A DNA stretch of 64,000 nt from NCBI GenBank assembly GCA_964035545.1, contig OZ037770.1, positions 11,924,463 through 11,988,462 on the forward strand, written 5' to 3'. Origin of the DNA: Bugula neritina. Taxonomy: Eukaryota > Animalia > Bryozoa. Positions 1 through 13,440 of this stretch are shown here, piece by piece (the stretch's first letter is position 1; each line of letters starts with the position of its first letter). The notes beneath the pieces are model-generated. The model saw nothing but the letters and a program-made list of their open reading frames with translations. It had not been told where the DNA came from and did no database searches. A program made the translations under genes and the position numbers.

Positions 1-455
1 AGTGATAATAAGGTTCCTTAAGTAAATTTGATATGCACTCATATACCTTAGCTAATGCTCTAACATGCCTCTCTGCTTACAAGCAACTAGGAAATTACTA
101 ACTGAAACTATGTTAAGTTCATATTACTGGTAACTTATAGTACTAAAACAGCCTACAAACTAGTACCATTGGTAGACAAGGAATTGAATTGAACAATCTG
201 CGCTTTAGCAGCACAATTGTAAGTAAATATGCCATTACTAAATTTCTTTATTTTTTCATTAGGTGTACATGTAATTGGAACAAACATATTTTAATTAAAA
301 TGACTATTAGTATTAGACTTGGTTTTGTTTAGAAAAGCAGCTACTGACAATAGAAGTCCTTGGGCTCACAGCTTTATTCACATTACATTAGACGTTACCA
401 TAAAACTAGCATGTAAAATCAAGTATTAATTATCTGAACTCTCACATTAGCTTAC

Positions 456-521
456 CTTGAAAACCTGGAAAATGGTTATCCAGAACAATAAGCTGCCCAG
501 TGTACCACTACGTGACGCCAT
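456..521 (-). CDS. First coding exon of a gene running off the left edge; signal-peptide-like N-terminus (MASRSGTLGSLLFWITIFQVFK)
   Basis: Minus strand reads caagATGGCG...TTCAAG|gtaag: good start context, 22 open codons, hydrophobic stretch, canonical phase-0 donor. Product not identifiable. Confidence 0.6.
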
Positions 522-2869
522 CTTGTATGCTTACTAAGTAACTAACATCAACAACTAGTGTACGTCAGGTGGTATATTTTTATATCGAATGCTGACTCGC
601 TAATCAATATTCTAAGTAAACAACTGAAAGGGCCTTTGTTTTGCGTGAAGTGGACATTCAACTTTTCTACAGGGCGTTGAAGAACGTTTATGTAATTTGT
701 ACTGTAAAAGCCCAAATACACACACTACACGCAAACTCCATAAAAAGAATAAGTTATAACACACAATAAATGTACATATTTAGCAAGTATATTTGCGCGT
801 ATGTTTGCATGTATATTTAGTTAAAATAAAATTTGAGTCTCTTTCGAGAGAGAAAGGGGTATGTATGGCGAACTTCAAAAACGTGCTTTTCCATTTCAGG
901 CAACTACAGTTAGATGTGCTACAAACTCCATTTGAAATGACTGAATGCCAACAACTACTTTGTAGTAATTATGTAACAGTCAACTTTATTCATTGTTTTA
1001 CAATGCCGTGACAAGTTATGTGAATTAATCTCCTCCTTTAGTTTACATCCAAGTGTCAAAGGTTACTGTCTTGTCACTGAACAAAGTACAGCGAATAGTT
1101 AATTATATTTAATATAATTTAGAATATTCGTTCAACTTTGTCTATTCAAAACTGCAAGCAGATAAAACAAAGTATCACTTAGTTACTGAACTTTTCACAA
1201 CATTCAATGCACTTCACAGAGCAATGTACTTGTGAAGGCATAAAATATATTGTAGGGCAAACGAAGTAAAATAATTACCCCACTGTAATCAAACCTCAAA
1301 CCTACAAACTTACAAGCCAACTTGCTACTTCTTACACTATAGGGGCTTTGATAGAATCTCAACCCAACAAACTATATTACAAAATAATATAAAATGTATT
1401 AAATATTAAACCTACTCTTTAAATTATAATATCATTATAATGTTAACATGAATAAGAAAATTAAAATTTTTCAAATTTGCTATAATTATTTTTTATGCAA
1501 CTTGTAAAGAAACTATAGTGCATAAATGCAAAGTTTTGCCTCTCAAAAACAACTTGATAGGAAATATAAATATCTGTTTGAAGTCAGAAATCTTGCGAGA
1601 GCTCATAATAAGTTATAGCTTACAATGAAATAAACTTGAACAGCTAACACAAACAATTGAGTTTGATAGTTTCTGAAAATTCAAGGATCCATTTTTAAAA
1701 GTTTTCAAATCTGCCTGACCAACATTTATTTCAAATCAAAATTTAATCCAATATAGAAAAAGTTGAAACAATTGATTATAGAATGAAAACTGGTAATTAC
1801 CTTTTAGGAATATATTTATAGTATTGTTACATATAGATTCATCTCCCCTGGTACAAAGTTGATGCCATCATGTTCTATTGCATGATTATTTTATAGCAGT
1901 TATTATGTTTAGTAAGCAACCAATTTCACTAGTTAACGCTAATGTTTTGTAGCAAGTTTAAATCTTGAAACTTTTTCAAATTTACCATAAATGCAGAAAT
2001 ATTTTTACCTAAGCCTAATATAGTTTCTGTATAAATCATGCATATAAAAACTTAATACTTTAATTAGTATTTAACTTTTTGATACAGACCAAATCATAGC
2101 TTAGTAGCTACAAAAACAGGTTCAGTTTTGATAGTTACCATTCTATCTCAAGTTTCACCCTGAACTCAAGAAACAAAGAGAAACTTGAAATGGAAATTTT
2201 AAAATATTTATGGAAGAACCTTTCACCTGATTCATGATTGTGTGATTGGAAACATGACATAATATGCTAGAATGTACAGTATTTGAAAGCCTTTTATTCG
2301 AATGCATTGAATTTTAAACAAAGAATACACTTTATTCAAAGTTGTATTCAGCGGTGCATTGTCGATATTGATTATGTTAACAATTACCTTAGAGGCCAAT
2401 ACTTGTAGCCAAGCAGTGTTCATAGTGAAAGTTGTTGAACTAAGAGTAAACAGCACTGCTATATCGGCAGCGTAAAGCAGCATGGAAACATCTTCAAAGG
2501 TAAATTCTATATGATTCAAAATGTGTATTTTAGGTTAATTGTGATAAAAAGATACAATGGGTTGTAATTGCTATGTTATCAGCAACTTTTAATGGAATAG
2601 TGTTAAACGTGAAAATTGCAGGTGTACTTAGCACAGTTTTTGTGATGCTAGCTGTAGTGCTGTATTTTAACGTGTAACCAAGTGCATTTAAGTATGAAAA
2701 TTAGACTTTGTATAGTAGTCTAGCAGTTAGCTATATAATTTGCAGTTTATTGGTGATAATTGGTAGAGAAACGTATATAGTGCATTGAAAATACATAGCT
2801 ATTATAATTGCCAGTGGTACTAGCATAGTTGGAGAGTAGCAGTGGTAGTAGCCGCAGTAGAAGTATCAC

Positions 2870-2958
2870 CTCGATAGTGGTAGTGGCAGCGGTGGTAGTA
2901 ATAATAGTAGTATTAGTAGTAGTAGTAGTAGTAATAGTAATAGTAATAGTAATAGTAA

Positions 2959-3045
<87 letters not shown>

Positions 3046-3167
3046 TGGTAGTGGTAGTGGTAGTGGTAGTGGTAGTGGTAGTAGTAGTAGTGTTGGTAGT
3101 GGCAGTGGTAGTGGTAGTGGTAGTGGTAGAGGTAGTGGTAGTGGTTGTGGTAGTGGTAGTGGTAATC

Positions 3168-3239
<72 letters not shown>

Positions 3240-3260
3240 CTAGTAGTGCTAGTAGTAATC

Positions 3261-3321
<61 letters not shown>

Positions 3322-3515
3322 TGGTAGTGGTAGTGGTAGTGGTAGTGGTAGTGGTAGTGGTAGTGGTAGTGGTAGTAGTGTTGGTAGTGGCAGTGGCAGT
3401 GGTAGTGGTAGTGGTAGTGGTAGTGGTAGTGGTAGAGGTAGTGGTATAGTGGTAGTGGTATAGTGGTATAGTGGTTGTGGTATAGTAGTGGTGGTAGATG
3501 TAGTGTTGGTAGTAG
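2870..3515. repeat. Compound (GTA)n/(GTAGTG)n microsatellite
   Basis: Directly visible; accounts for the poly-V and poly-YH pseudo-ORFs. Confidence 0.97.
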
Positions 3516-3782
3516 CAGCATTAGTACAGAAAAAGTTGACTATTATAAAATGGGTTGTTAATTACAATATGTTCAGCTACTATAATATGTTTTATCCATG
3601 TACAATGCACATTAAACATAAGCACATGCCATTGAAACAAAGTCATGCTCTTGAAATTATATTCACATAGTCGGATAAAAAATTGACAAACTTCTATAAT
3701 GATATTGATTTGTTAATGCATAATTTATTTATAAAGAACTACCAATTTAAAGCTGGTTATATTATTTGTATTTGCTTAGAGA

Positions 3783-4959
3783 ATGGATGTAGATGGAGAT
3801 CTGCATACCAGCCACTTGCAACAGACGACTACAACGGAGTTCTACTACGTCACTGATCATCATATAGACAGCGTCACGTGGAACTACTTGAGATGGTAAG
3901 TAGGGTATCTAAACAGGCTACTAGTGACAGTAAACAGGGATACTTTACTTTTCATTAGTATTACAAATAATACAACAGTAAAAAGTGGAAATTTAAAAAC
4001 AACAAGAGCAAAAGTGACAATAAAAGAAAGCTTTTTTACAAAAATAAAACGAAACCTGTTTTTAATAAAAAAGTGAAAATTTTGAGCCTGGAAAGGTGTT
4101 GGTTCATTTTTTTCTAATTAGTAAAGGTGATGCTGCTCAAAAGAGTAGCCCTAGTATTGATAGCCCTGGGTTTGGGACTAACAATTGTTCTAGTACTGTG
4201 TCAGCAGTACTAGAATGGCACAGATGCCTATGTTTTGTGATAGCACCGATGTTGGATGCACAGATGCAGACCACAACTCACCCTTTTGCCAGCAGTTTAA
4301 ATTTTTCACAAAACTGTAACAATTATTTAGACGATAAAGTTAAAGTTGCCTGCATCTTTAACAAAAGGAAAATTGAGCTGTACTCTCTCATCAATCAATA
4401 CCTATAAGAAAAAAGTTATTGCAAAAATTTTTCACAAAAAGCTTTCATCAAACAATATTTTACTTAAAGCTAGAACGAAAAGCTCCTGCAACAAGTACTA
4501 ATACCAATAATAGTGTTATTACACAATCACTGATAAAATTTTCATTTTATGATAATTTATGTTTTCAGGGTAGCGCTGCCGTTTGCCGCGATAATTGTGG
4601 TGGTGCTGATGTTCTGCCATTGCTACAGATACAAGCTCCGTCGGCAGCAACAGCAGGAAGCTCTGCAAGCAAGACAGTCCATCCAGTTGAGTGCTGCCAC
4701 TAGCAGTCACACCAGACCATGTGTACCAGCAACTGGAAGACAACTCCCAGAAGGAGCGTATCCTAAGCAGCAGTACTACTGTACGGGTAGCCATATGGTG
4801 GGGTGTGAAGCTGGGGCTTCTATACCACAACCAGGATATGGTTTCACGGCTCCTCCTATGTATTCATTACACGAACCTTCGAAAGGCCCACCTAGTTATG
4901 ATGATGTCGTGACCACACCTTCCTCTGATGCCGCGGCTGCTACGCCAACACAGCAATAA
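3783..4959 (+). CDS. Small single-pass membrane protein with cytoplasmic PPxY motifs, copy 1 (exons 3783-3895, 4569-4959; 167 aa)
   Basis: GT-AG splice joins TG|G in frame: MDVDGDLH...VTWNYLRW-VALPFAAIIVVVLMF (TM)-CHCYRYKLRR-QQQQ...APPMY...GPPSYDDV. Conserved in the second copy. Architecture resembles WBP1/VOPP1/PRRG/Commissureless-type NEDD4-family adaptors. Confidence 0.8.
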
Positions 4960-6112
4960 AAAAACGAATCACATTTTTAAGCATAGACTGTTGTTATTTT
5001 AAACGACTCAATGAAATATTCATCAAACTTTCAAATTAACACTAAAAAATTTAATGTTTTGAGCCAATCAATTGTATGTTGCATGAGCATGGCATAGCAA
5101 TTCCTCGTTTTTATTTTTTTGTTTTTGCAACCTTTTAATCATCCATCAGATTATTAGCATTAGTAATGTTACAATATGGTGGCATGCGTCAGCTCCAAAT
5201 AAATAAACAAGGAATGTGCATTTCTATGCTTTGACAAATTATAAGTGAAAATTCTTAACTTACAGATCTCATTGATATCTTTTTCTGATGCTCAAAGTTA
5301 TATTTATTTTTGTCACCTATTTTACAGGAAACACCTATACTAAAAATACATTTTAAAATAATAAATTGTGTGATAAAGATAGTATTTTGATAAAGTATAT
5401 AATATTTTAGTTGCAATACAAACTAATTTAGCATTTGTGTACAACTTCAACTAAAGCATTATGCTACTCTATACACTTCAGCTCTTGTGATTCATGAAAA
5501 GTACTCAGAAAGGCGCGGAATGCATATTTTTCTGTTTTTTGGCCTAAATAGTATTTTTATACATTGAAAATTACAAGTTCTATTACCGCTTTAATCTCAC
5601 ATATTTTGCCATCTTAACTGCAATTCCTACTACTAGAAAGGCTACCACACCACCAGTGCTGCTACCATCACCAATCATTCCGCCCACATGCTTGGTCACT
5701 TATAAAGAGCAGGTAGTCGAATTAATTACATTGGCAGTGTGAGTGAGATTCTATTTTACACTGCTAAACTCTTGAAATGCACCCAGTCTGTTTATATAAA
5801 ATGCAGCAATCAAAAATTTTCTATAATGCGTCATTCAAAATTCTATCTAACCCATATGTTTTACCTACAAAACTAAATTAATTAAATGAAGTAAGGCAAT
5901 TACTAAATTATCGCACTTAGTACTGCAAGAGTAAAGTACAATTTTCTTTAATAATATCAAAATGTTTGAAGTTTTATTCTGTTTTTTCATGCTGCTTGCT
6001 TTAAGGTTATGCAGAGCATTGGCACTGTCTAGGTTGTGCAGTGAGCTTACCTTGCGTTAAAGCCTATACCTACTATGAATCATTGGGGATGTGCATATGT
6101 TGCACAAAGTTT

Positions 6113-6554
<442 letters not shown>

Positions 6555-6944
6555 GTTTAGTATATCATGCTGCTGTATGTGTTGCTGTCAATTCGCCAAA
6601 GTAATGAATTGGGACATTTGGTGTAAAAACAAAGTGACAATATAATTGTTCGTTTGCTTAATTTATAAACTCAGTATATCATTACGTATGTTGCTAAGAT
6701 GAGATAAAATATCTAAGATAAAACCACTGAGGTGTTTTCTATTAATTTAAATCAATTTAAAATCTGGGTACTCAAAGCTTTTTCTTCCAGCTTTTCAGTG
6801 TGCCTTTTGCAGACATCTTTAAAATTTAATCTTCAAGACAGGCCTGAAGGCTTTTTGAATGCTCTTCATATAACAATTCTGTAAGAATAAACCATCTTAT
6901 GCTCTGTGCAAATGTACAAGCCATCAAAGCTACCTCTAGCCTCT

Positions 6945-7336
<392 letters not shown>

Positions 7337-7409
7337 ATTGTATCGTGAGATTTTTAAAAAACAGCGATAAAAAAGTGCTCAAATTATTATGTGTATAATA
7401 ATGAGCAAT

Positions 7410-7627
7410 TATATTATTGAGGAAAAAAGCAATTTAATTATATAGATGTTGTTTTATTGTACTACTAATAGTTTCATGCCTCTTCGGCACTCCTCAGGCA
7501 CAATATTGACAAATTTAAATTTTTACATTAAGAAAATCAAAATGCTAAACACAAGGTAAAACGTAACGAAAACATAGCAGTGGCTGTATTGTTATATAGG
7601 TTTGTAGGTGTAAATTAATATATAAAA
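7410..7627 (-). repeat. Inverted pLTR (left arm)
   Basis: Reverse complement of 9929-10146 with no mismatch found by eye. Confidence 0.93.
7455..7505 (-). ncRNA. Type I hammerhead ribozyme in the inverted pLTR (copy of 10051-10101)
   Basis: Reverse complement of the ribozyme above. Confidence 0.85.
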
Positions 7628-7678
7628 GCTCCTTATATAAGAAAAATAAGTTGAGCACTCTCTTAAACAGCTGACAAA

Positions 7679-9802
7679 ATGGAAGCAATCAATTTTGAAT
7701 ACTCAACAAAGAACATCCCTATACCATCAAACGAGGATTACATTAAGAAACTGATAGAAAAAACTCAACTCTTCTGTCGGCGATTAAGATGGAAAGTGTT
7801 TTTCTTCTTAAATCCACAGATAACTAGTGAACAGAAAGAAACATATGGATTTAACTCAACTAAACCAACACCTCAAATAAAAGAACTTGCTAATTTTGAG
7901 AAGAAATTAATCAACCTGATACGCAATGTGAAATTCAAACAGGATACAACTACTTTCCAAAGAAAACTTCGACAAGACATCAGAAACAAAATTAAAAACT
8001 CGACTACTCTTTTAGTACCATCCGATAAAACTAACAACTTCTACAAAATGGATACACACCTGTACAACAAAATGCTCCAAGACAGCATCACCAAGACATA
8101 CAAGAAGGTAAGCAAACACACAATAGACAAAATCAAAACTAAAACAAACCAAATTGTTAACAAACTAGACCTTATGGACAGAGTCACTACAACTAGTGAG
8201 CAAGAAGCTTTCATCACACTGAAAGATCACAAGGACAATTTTACAAATAAACCAAGTTGCCGCCTCATAAACCCCTGCAAACCAGAGATAGGAAAGATTA
8301 GTAAGAAAATATTAGACCGAATAAATAACAAAATTCTCGCAAACACACACCTAAACCAATGGAAAAACACCACTGATGTAATAAAATGGTTTGAAGGAAT
8401 TAACAACAAACATCAACAGACATTTATTTCATTTGACGTCATAGACTTTTACCCTTCAATTTCAAAAAGCCTACTTGAAAACGCTCTAAGTTTTGCATCG
8501 GAATTTGATACAATTAGCGAAGATGAAAGAGAAATAATTATACATGCCAAAAATTCACTACTCTTCAACTCTGGAAAGGCATGGGGAAAACATAACCACA
8601 ACCTCTTCGACGTTACAATGGGAGGATACGACGGTGCAGAAACATGCGAATTAGTTGGGGCTTACATTTTAAACTCAATAACACTAAAACATGGCAAAAA
8701 CTTCGGCCTGTACAGAGATGACGGCTTAGGAGTCTCTGACAAAACACCCAGAGAAATAGAGAACATAAAAAAGGACATCTGCAAAATATTTTCTGAAAAT
8801 GGATTAAAAATAACAATCGAAGCAAATAAAAAAATTATTAACTTCTTAGACACCACACTCAACCTAAACAATAAAACCTACACACCATACACTAAGCCAA
8901 ACAGTTCTACTAAATATATTCATAACAAATCCAACCACCCAGCAAGCATAATCTCCAACCTACCCTCGTCCGTTAATAAACGACTGTCGTCAATATCATC
9001 TAACGAGAAAATTTTCACACAATCCACCTACAACCACCAAAACCTCCTAAACCAAAGTGGCTACAAACACCAACTACAATTCCTACCAAGAACCCAAACA
9101 AACAACACACAACAGAAATCTCGAAACCGAAAAAGAAAAGTTGTTTGGTATAATCCACCATACAGCCAACATGTAACCACAAGAATTGCAAAAATCTTCT
9201 TTAAAATCATGAATGAAGAATTTCCAAAACAACACCCACTCTATAAAATAATCAACAAAAACACTATAAAGGTTAGCTACAGCTGCATGCCAAACATAAA
9301 ACAGACCATAAATGCCCACAATAACAGACTATTAGAGAAACAGAAGCAACAAAACAAAACCCCCAGAAAAAACTGCAACTGTAGAGAAAAAGAAAGTTGT
9401 CCGCTGAAAGGAAGCTGCCAGGAGAGCAGAGTTATATACCAAGCAACTGTGGAAACTACCGAAAACGAGCCTGCAACATACATTGGCCTAAGTGAAGGAC
9501 CGTTCAAACTAAGATACGCAAACCACAGATCATCATTTAAAAACAAGGAGAAAGCAAATCAAACAGAACTTAGCAAACACATTTGGCAACTAACTAACAA
9601 AAACATTAAGCACAACATAAGCTGGAAAATATTAAGAAAAGCGAAACCATACAACACAACTACCAAAAGGTGTAATTTATGCCTATGGGAATGTTTCTTT
9701 ATTTTATACAAACCTAACATGTGTACTTTAAACAAGCGAAACGAACTCTTATCAACCTGCCGACACTCAAAAAAATTCTTACTGTGCAACCACAAAACCT
9801 AG
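7679..9802 (+). CDS. PLE polyprotein: reverse transcriptase + GIY-YIG endonuclease (707 aa)
   Basis: N-terminal YSTKNIP; RT motifs SFDVIDFYPSI, TMGGYDGAETCELVG, GLYRDDGL, INFLD; Cys linker CNC-x5-CPLKGSC; VIY...YIG...RYANH; CNLC; terminal LNKRNEL...CRH. Confidence 0.95.
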   Translation: MEAINFEYSTKNIPIPSNEDYIKKLIEKTQLFCRRLRWKVFFFLNPQITSEQKETYGFNSTKPTPQIKELANFEKKLINLIRNVKFKQDTTTFQRKLRQDIRNKIKNSTTLLVPSDKTNNFYKMDTHLYNKMLQDSITKTYKKVSKHTIDKIKTKTNQIVNKLDLMDRVTTTSEQEAFITLKDHKDNFTNKPSCRLINPCKPEIGKISKKILDRINNKILANTHLNQWKNTTDVIKWFEGINNKHQQTFISFDVIDFYPSISKSLLENALSFASEFDTISEDEREIIIHAKNSLLFNSGKAWGKHNHNLFDVTMGGYDGAETCELVGAYILNSITLKHGKNFGLYRDDGLGVSDKTPREIENIKKDICKIFSENGLKITIEANKKIINFLDTTLNLNNKTYTPYTKPNSSTKYIHNKSNHPASIISNLPSSVNKRLSSISSNEKIFTQSTYNHQNLLNQSGYKHQLQFLPRTQTNNTQQKSRNRKRKVVWYNPPYSQHVTTRIAKIFFKIMNEEFPKQHPLYKIINKNTIKVSYSCMPNIKQTINAHNNRLLEKQKQQNKTPRKNCNCREKESCPLKGSCQESRVIYQATVETTENEPATYIGLSEGPFKLRYANHRSSFKNKEKANQTELSKHIWQLTNKNIKHNISWKILRKAKPYNTTTKRCNLCLWECFFILYKPNMCTLNKRNELLSTCRHSKKFLLCNHKT

Positions 9803-9928
9803 AAACTCTGTAGCCTATTTATATTTTAAGTACTATAGTAAATAATATACAAATACCCATAGAGAATAGTCACCCAACAAAAACTTCATGCATCTGCTAT
9901 AAATTATGTTTTTACATTACATTATGGT

Positions 9929-10136
9929 TTTTATATATTAATTTACACCTACAAACCTATATAACAATACAGCCACTGCTATGTTTTCGTTACGTTTTAC
10001 CTTGTGTTTAGCATTTTGATTTTCTTAATGTAAAAATTTAAATTTGTCAATATTGTGCCTGAGGAGTGCCGAAGAGGCATGAAACTATTAGTAGTACAAT
10101 AAAACAACATCTATATAATTAAATTGCTTTTTTCCT

Positions 10137-10146
<10 letters not shown>
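9929..10146 (+). repeat. 3' pLTR segment (right arm)
   Basis: Matches 7410-7627 in inverted orientation; followed by (TA)n to about 10220. Confidence 0.93.
10051..10101 (+). ncRNA. Type I hammerhead ribozyme in the 3' pLTR
   Basis: TATTGTGC-CTGAGGA-GTGCC gaaga GGCAT-GAAA-CT att AG-TA^GTACAATA: 8-bp stem I (one G-U), 5-bp stem II, short stem III, GUA triplet with predicted cleavage after 10093. Confidence 0.85.
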
Positions 10147-10211
<65 letters not shown>

Positions 10212-11303
10212 ATATGTATATTTGGTACTGATACAATTTCGGATATAATAATAAACTTACATATTCCTTTTATCGACTACAACATTGTTTCAAGTAGTGC
10301 AAGCTACGATCATCAGCTCGTTGTGTGTAGGGTTGAGTGATTCCGTTTTGAAATTTACATTGTTTGTGTATTGCTACGCTAGAATGTCTTAACTAGCGTC
10401 TGTTAAATTCGCAAGCAAAAATTTGCATTTATGTTTGCACGTGCTGGAAAGCTCTTTGCGTTTTTTCGAAGGAGGATAACTCCGGTTGTTTTAAAATTGC
10501 ATATTTCTCGTAGCTAAAAATTTTTAAAATATTCCGTGTCAAGTTGAATTTCATGTTGTTGCCTTTTAAATTCCAGATGTGTCTGCTGAGTTGTGTGTTG
10601 TTGGCTTTGTCTGCATGTAGGAAAGAGGAAAGTAACTTAATTTATCTTGCTTATTTTATAATTGATATTATTGTTTGTAGCTTGGTCACTATGCAATCAC
10701 TTATGTATGCATGCTTTTGTTACTAGATATTCCGTAAAGCCACCATGTTGTCACCCTACCTAAATGATCCTCCTCCCCACTAAACATAAAGATAATTTCG
10801 TCTAATCAAATAGACTAGTTGGCATTGTGGAGTCTTACTATTTACTTTAAACCTCATACTTTGAATATTATAGTTTAGTGGAAAATCATCACATCGTTTA
10901 AATTTCTATCTGGATTATATATCCTATACCACTACCACTCTAGACTATTTAATAAGCCAAGATCTCAAAAACTGAGGCTAAAAGCTACACAAATACAACA
11001 ATTAATTGTTAAGAACTCATATGTGAATTATTTGCCAATATTCAGACACTATTGTTACCTGCATAACTGGTTTTCACCACACAACTGGTTATTACAATGC
11101 AACTAGGTATGTTTTCTTTGTTTGAGATATTTTAAAGAGAACAAAGATTATTGAGAATACTTTAGTAAAGGAGCATATAATCGGGTGGGAGTGTAGGCGT
11201 GGTAGCTAGTGACTAAATAACCCGGGACTGTAGTATTAGTATCATTTAACCTACAGAGAAGATTTTGCTATCAGCTGGTAAGCAAAGCAAAATTCTCATT
11301 ATA

Positions 11304-12935
11304 ATGGAATCCCAAGATTCAGGTTCAGATGATGCAAAGGTTCAACCTGTACCTGAGAAGATAGACTTGTCTGCAGAGTCAGAGAACTATGGCATCTCTG
11401 AAAAAGGAATCACTTCTGTTGTATTGGTTGTAGAAGGGAGGAAACTTCACTATGCTAGAGAGGTTTGTATGCTGAAGGCAATAAAGTTGATTACCTCATC
11501 TATGTGTTGTATATAGCCAGAAACAACAATCTAACCTTAGTTAATATTGGTTTACCTACAGCTTTTAGCTATGGCTTCTCCAGTCTTAAAAGATCAGATG
11601 CCTAAAGAGAATGGAGATCAGGAAAAAGTTGAATTACATGGAAAGAAGTATCAATCAGTTGTGTGGATGTTAGACTATCTAAATCCTAGAATCAGATTCC
11701 ACATGTCAGGTTTGCTTTTTTATTTCAATTCTTAAATATTAGAATTTTTAGATTTTTGTTTTCTAAAAGTAAGGTGATGTCTACAAAAGCAAAATTATGG
11801 CCACTGAAAAGATTAAGTAGAGCCAATTATGCTGGAATTCTTCAATTTTCAGCTACACAGAAAAGCTATTAAGCAAATATTAATTGAATGTTTAATATAT
11901 TCATGTTAATTACCAAAAGAAAGTTAGAATACACAAATCAGTTTATAATAAATTAGTAAATAAAGTTTGATTCACACCTTTCACACAAAGTTATCATATA
12001 GATAATAATATTAATAATAATAATAATAATAAATAACTATGAATTTAAGATGCAGGAATTAAAATTTATAATAGCCTAATAATGCAAAAATAACATAACT
12101 ATAATGGGTAGCTGTTGATTGCAGACATGCAGCATAAAAAAATTGTTACTCCTGGTTTATAAAATTCACATTGCATGCATAATATTATAATCAACTGTTT
12201 TTAATATACTTCTATAAGTTTGATCCGTTTAACCAACTCAGTATTTGGTCTCTCCATTTATATTTAAATAGAGTATAAATAAAGTTTTATATTTAGCAGC
12301 AACTGCAGCAAAACTATGTTTTCCCTTACAGACGAGAAAGCAGTTGCTCTCCTCTCATTGGCAGATAAGTATAAAATGAAATTGCTAAAAGAAGACTGTG
12401 AAAGTATGTTACTGAAAGTACCGCCAAGACTGGAGTTAGTCACTCTTGCTCTCAAATACAACCTGGAAAACTTATTGAAACATGCTAAACAGCAGTGTGT
12501 AAAAGAATTAGACCACGAACAACTGGAAGAGCAAAGAAAAAGGCCTGAAAACAAAAATTTTGATTATGAAGTGTACATAGAAATTCTCTGGTAAGATTTT
12601 CACTTTAGTGTGCCATACATTTTCAAGATATCTAGAACATTCAAAACTAGTAAAATAGTTTTCGACCACATTTTGAATCAAGTCATGCTCTGAAGTGTAA
12701 TCTATGGTGCTTATTGTTAGTGAAAGAGTTTTCTTTTGTAATTTGGTAAATAATGCCTAAGATATAAACGGAAAAACAGCTATGAAGCAACTTTCATAAG
12801 ATTTAGACTGAAATCTGCTAACCAATCTAGTTATAGAAATGTAATATTTATTGTTTTAGCAAGAAATTGAAGAAAGATGCAAGTGTTGATTCAAAGAAAT
12901 CCGTCGAAAAGTCCTATTATTTTCCCGAAAAATAA
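11304..12935 (+). CDS. BTB/POZ-domain protein, copy 1 (exons 11304-11462, 11562-11709, 12332-12590, 12860-12935; 213 aa); stops before the FG tail
   Basis: GT-AG phases 0,1,2 join in frame: SVVLVVEGRKLHYARE|LLAMASPV...LLSLADKYKMKLLKEDCE, a typical BTB pattern followed by BACK-like helices. Confidence 0.85.
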
Positions 12936-13440
12936 ATTGCTCATGGGAGTGGTAGCTTTAGTTTTGGTGCCAAACCAGGTGGCTTGTTTAGTAGTTCAAC
13001 AAAGAAACAATTAATTAGCCTGTTTTTATGACTCTTCATTATTATATTAATGTATAATTTGTTAATGTGTTTATCACATGACATTTTTAATTCCTAAAAT
13101 AAAGTTGCCTAATTTTAAGGTTATAACGTAATTATGCATATAGTTTTATTAGTAAAAAAAAATTTGTCGTCAGCCGTATTGTTCATGAAAAAAGTTGCTG
13201 AATTCCTTTTTTACACTATGCAATTAAATTATGTAAATCAAGGAGAAGAAAATACTATAAAAAGTGATATTAAAGAACACAAAATATTAAACTTCGTGTT
13301 ATAATGCATTCATACCCCACACTACCATCATATGTCAAAAAAACATTATAGTTCTCAGAAGTACATATATTCATCTAAAATTGTTTCTACTTGTTTCAAA
13401 TTTTCTAAATAAATGGGATTGTGAGAGAAGAGTTTAATAT

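Larger units (their letters stand above)
7334..10146 (+). mobile_element. Penelope-like retroelement (C-terminal EN, Hydra-clade-like) with inverted 5' pLTR, inserted in (TA)n
   Basis: Intact RT-GIY-YIG ORF; 218-bp inverted repeats 7410-7627 and 9929-10146; TA tracts on both sides; absent from the paralogous duplicated segment near 20.3 kb. Confidence 0.92.

Noticed and set aside
2232-2519. ORF with LLYAAD (YADD-like)
   Set aside because: Possibly a decayed LINE RT scrap, but too degenerate to support; not a gene.
2829-3521. Poly-Val and poly-Tyr/His ORFs
   Set aside because: Translations of the (GTA)n/(GTAGTG)n microsatellite.
7410-10146. Reading the inverted repeats as DNA-transposon TIRs
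   Set aside because: The enclosed ORF is RT + GIY-YIG and the arms contain hammerheads, which fits inverted PLE pLTRs.
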